From NCBI GenBank assembly GCA_051439425.1, contig JBFRWD010000084.1, forward strand, positions 1 through 29,341: a stretch of 29,341 bases of DNA, read 5' to 3'. The translations under genes were made by a program, and so were the position numbers. The stretch's first letter is position 1; each line of letters begins with the position of its first letter. Below, in pieces: positions 28,971 to 29,341 of this stretch. The notes below the pieces were generated by a model, which worked only from the letters and a program-made list of their open reading frames with translations, made no database searches and was not told the DNA's origin. This stretch comes from Synechococcus sp. Lineage in GTDB: Bacteria; Cyanobacteriota; Cyanobacteriia; Thermostichales; PCC-7336.

Positions 28971-29183
28971 ATGACTTTCCAGCAACTGTGTGACGAAGGG
29001 ACTAAAATTGCCGAGTTCGATTGTGAATTAGAGCAACTTTGCAAGAAATATGATGTAGAGCTAATTAACGGGATGCGTATATTTGGCGTCCTATTGCGAT
29101 GGTATGACATGGAAGAAGCAATGCAGGTATGCATAAGCCTGCTTGAGGAATTGCAAGGGCCTCTAAGCATACGCCAGAAGTAG
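28971..29183 (+). CDS. Hypothetical protein (70 aa)
   Basis: ATG ORF with amphipathic helical composition; no recognised motif. Confidence 0.45.
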   Translation: MTFQQLCDEGTKIAEFDCELEQLCKKYDVELINGMRIFGVLLRWYDMEEAMQVCISLLEELQGPLSIRQK

Positions 29184-29190
29184 CTCAGGA

Positions 29191-29341
29191 GGTTGTGTTG
29201 CAAAATTCGGCGTCACTCAAGCGAGGTGCTAGTCTAGGCCCTTGTGCCCTGCCTAATTAGCTAATTGATGCCAGCAGACACTCCGTTCAAGTGTCGTCAC
29301 TTCCCTCCGTCGATCATCATCATGGCGGTGAGGTGGTACTT
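29191..29341 (+). mobile_element. IS6-family element, left end (runs off window)
   Basis: IS26/IS257-like end GGTTGTGTTGCAAA at 29191; ATG 29268 gives MPADTPFKCRHFPPSIIIMAVRWY. Confidence 0.88.

Overview
Cyanobacterial chromosomal window: it contains the psbD 3' end and more than 20 perfect HIP1 octamers (GCGATCGC, counted by eye). Positions 1-22.3 kb are mostly housekeeping genes: end of a stand-alone psbD, PSII-associated radical SAM gene, FIST protein, surE, acidic HTH protein, acyltransferase plus alpha/beta hydrolase, DUF2227-like protein, ilvB, glutaredoxin, ftsY, RNase D, Hsp20, a large inverse-autotransporter-like beta-helix protein and priA. After priA, 22.3-29.3 kb is a decaying accessory island. 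It holds four IS6-family pieces, an IS110 5'-end fragment nested in one of them, two RTX/Ca-binding repeat genes of opposite GC bias, an unannotated internally deleted EndoU/LTD-like frame and a terminase small subunit pseudogene. I found no intact, clearly novel multi-gene system. The best leads are a D2 C-terminus lacking the normally conserved His336 next to the radical SAM gene, three diverged copies of a ~104-bp TATAGC..GCTATA miniature element, the nested IS110 end, and the beta-helix inverse autotransporter. All family calls come from motif recognition, not database searches.
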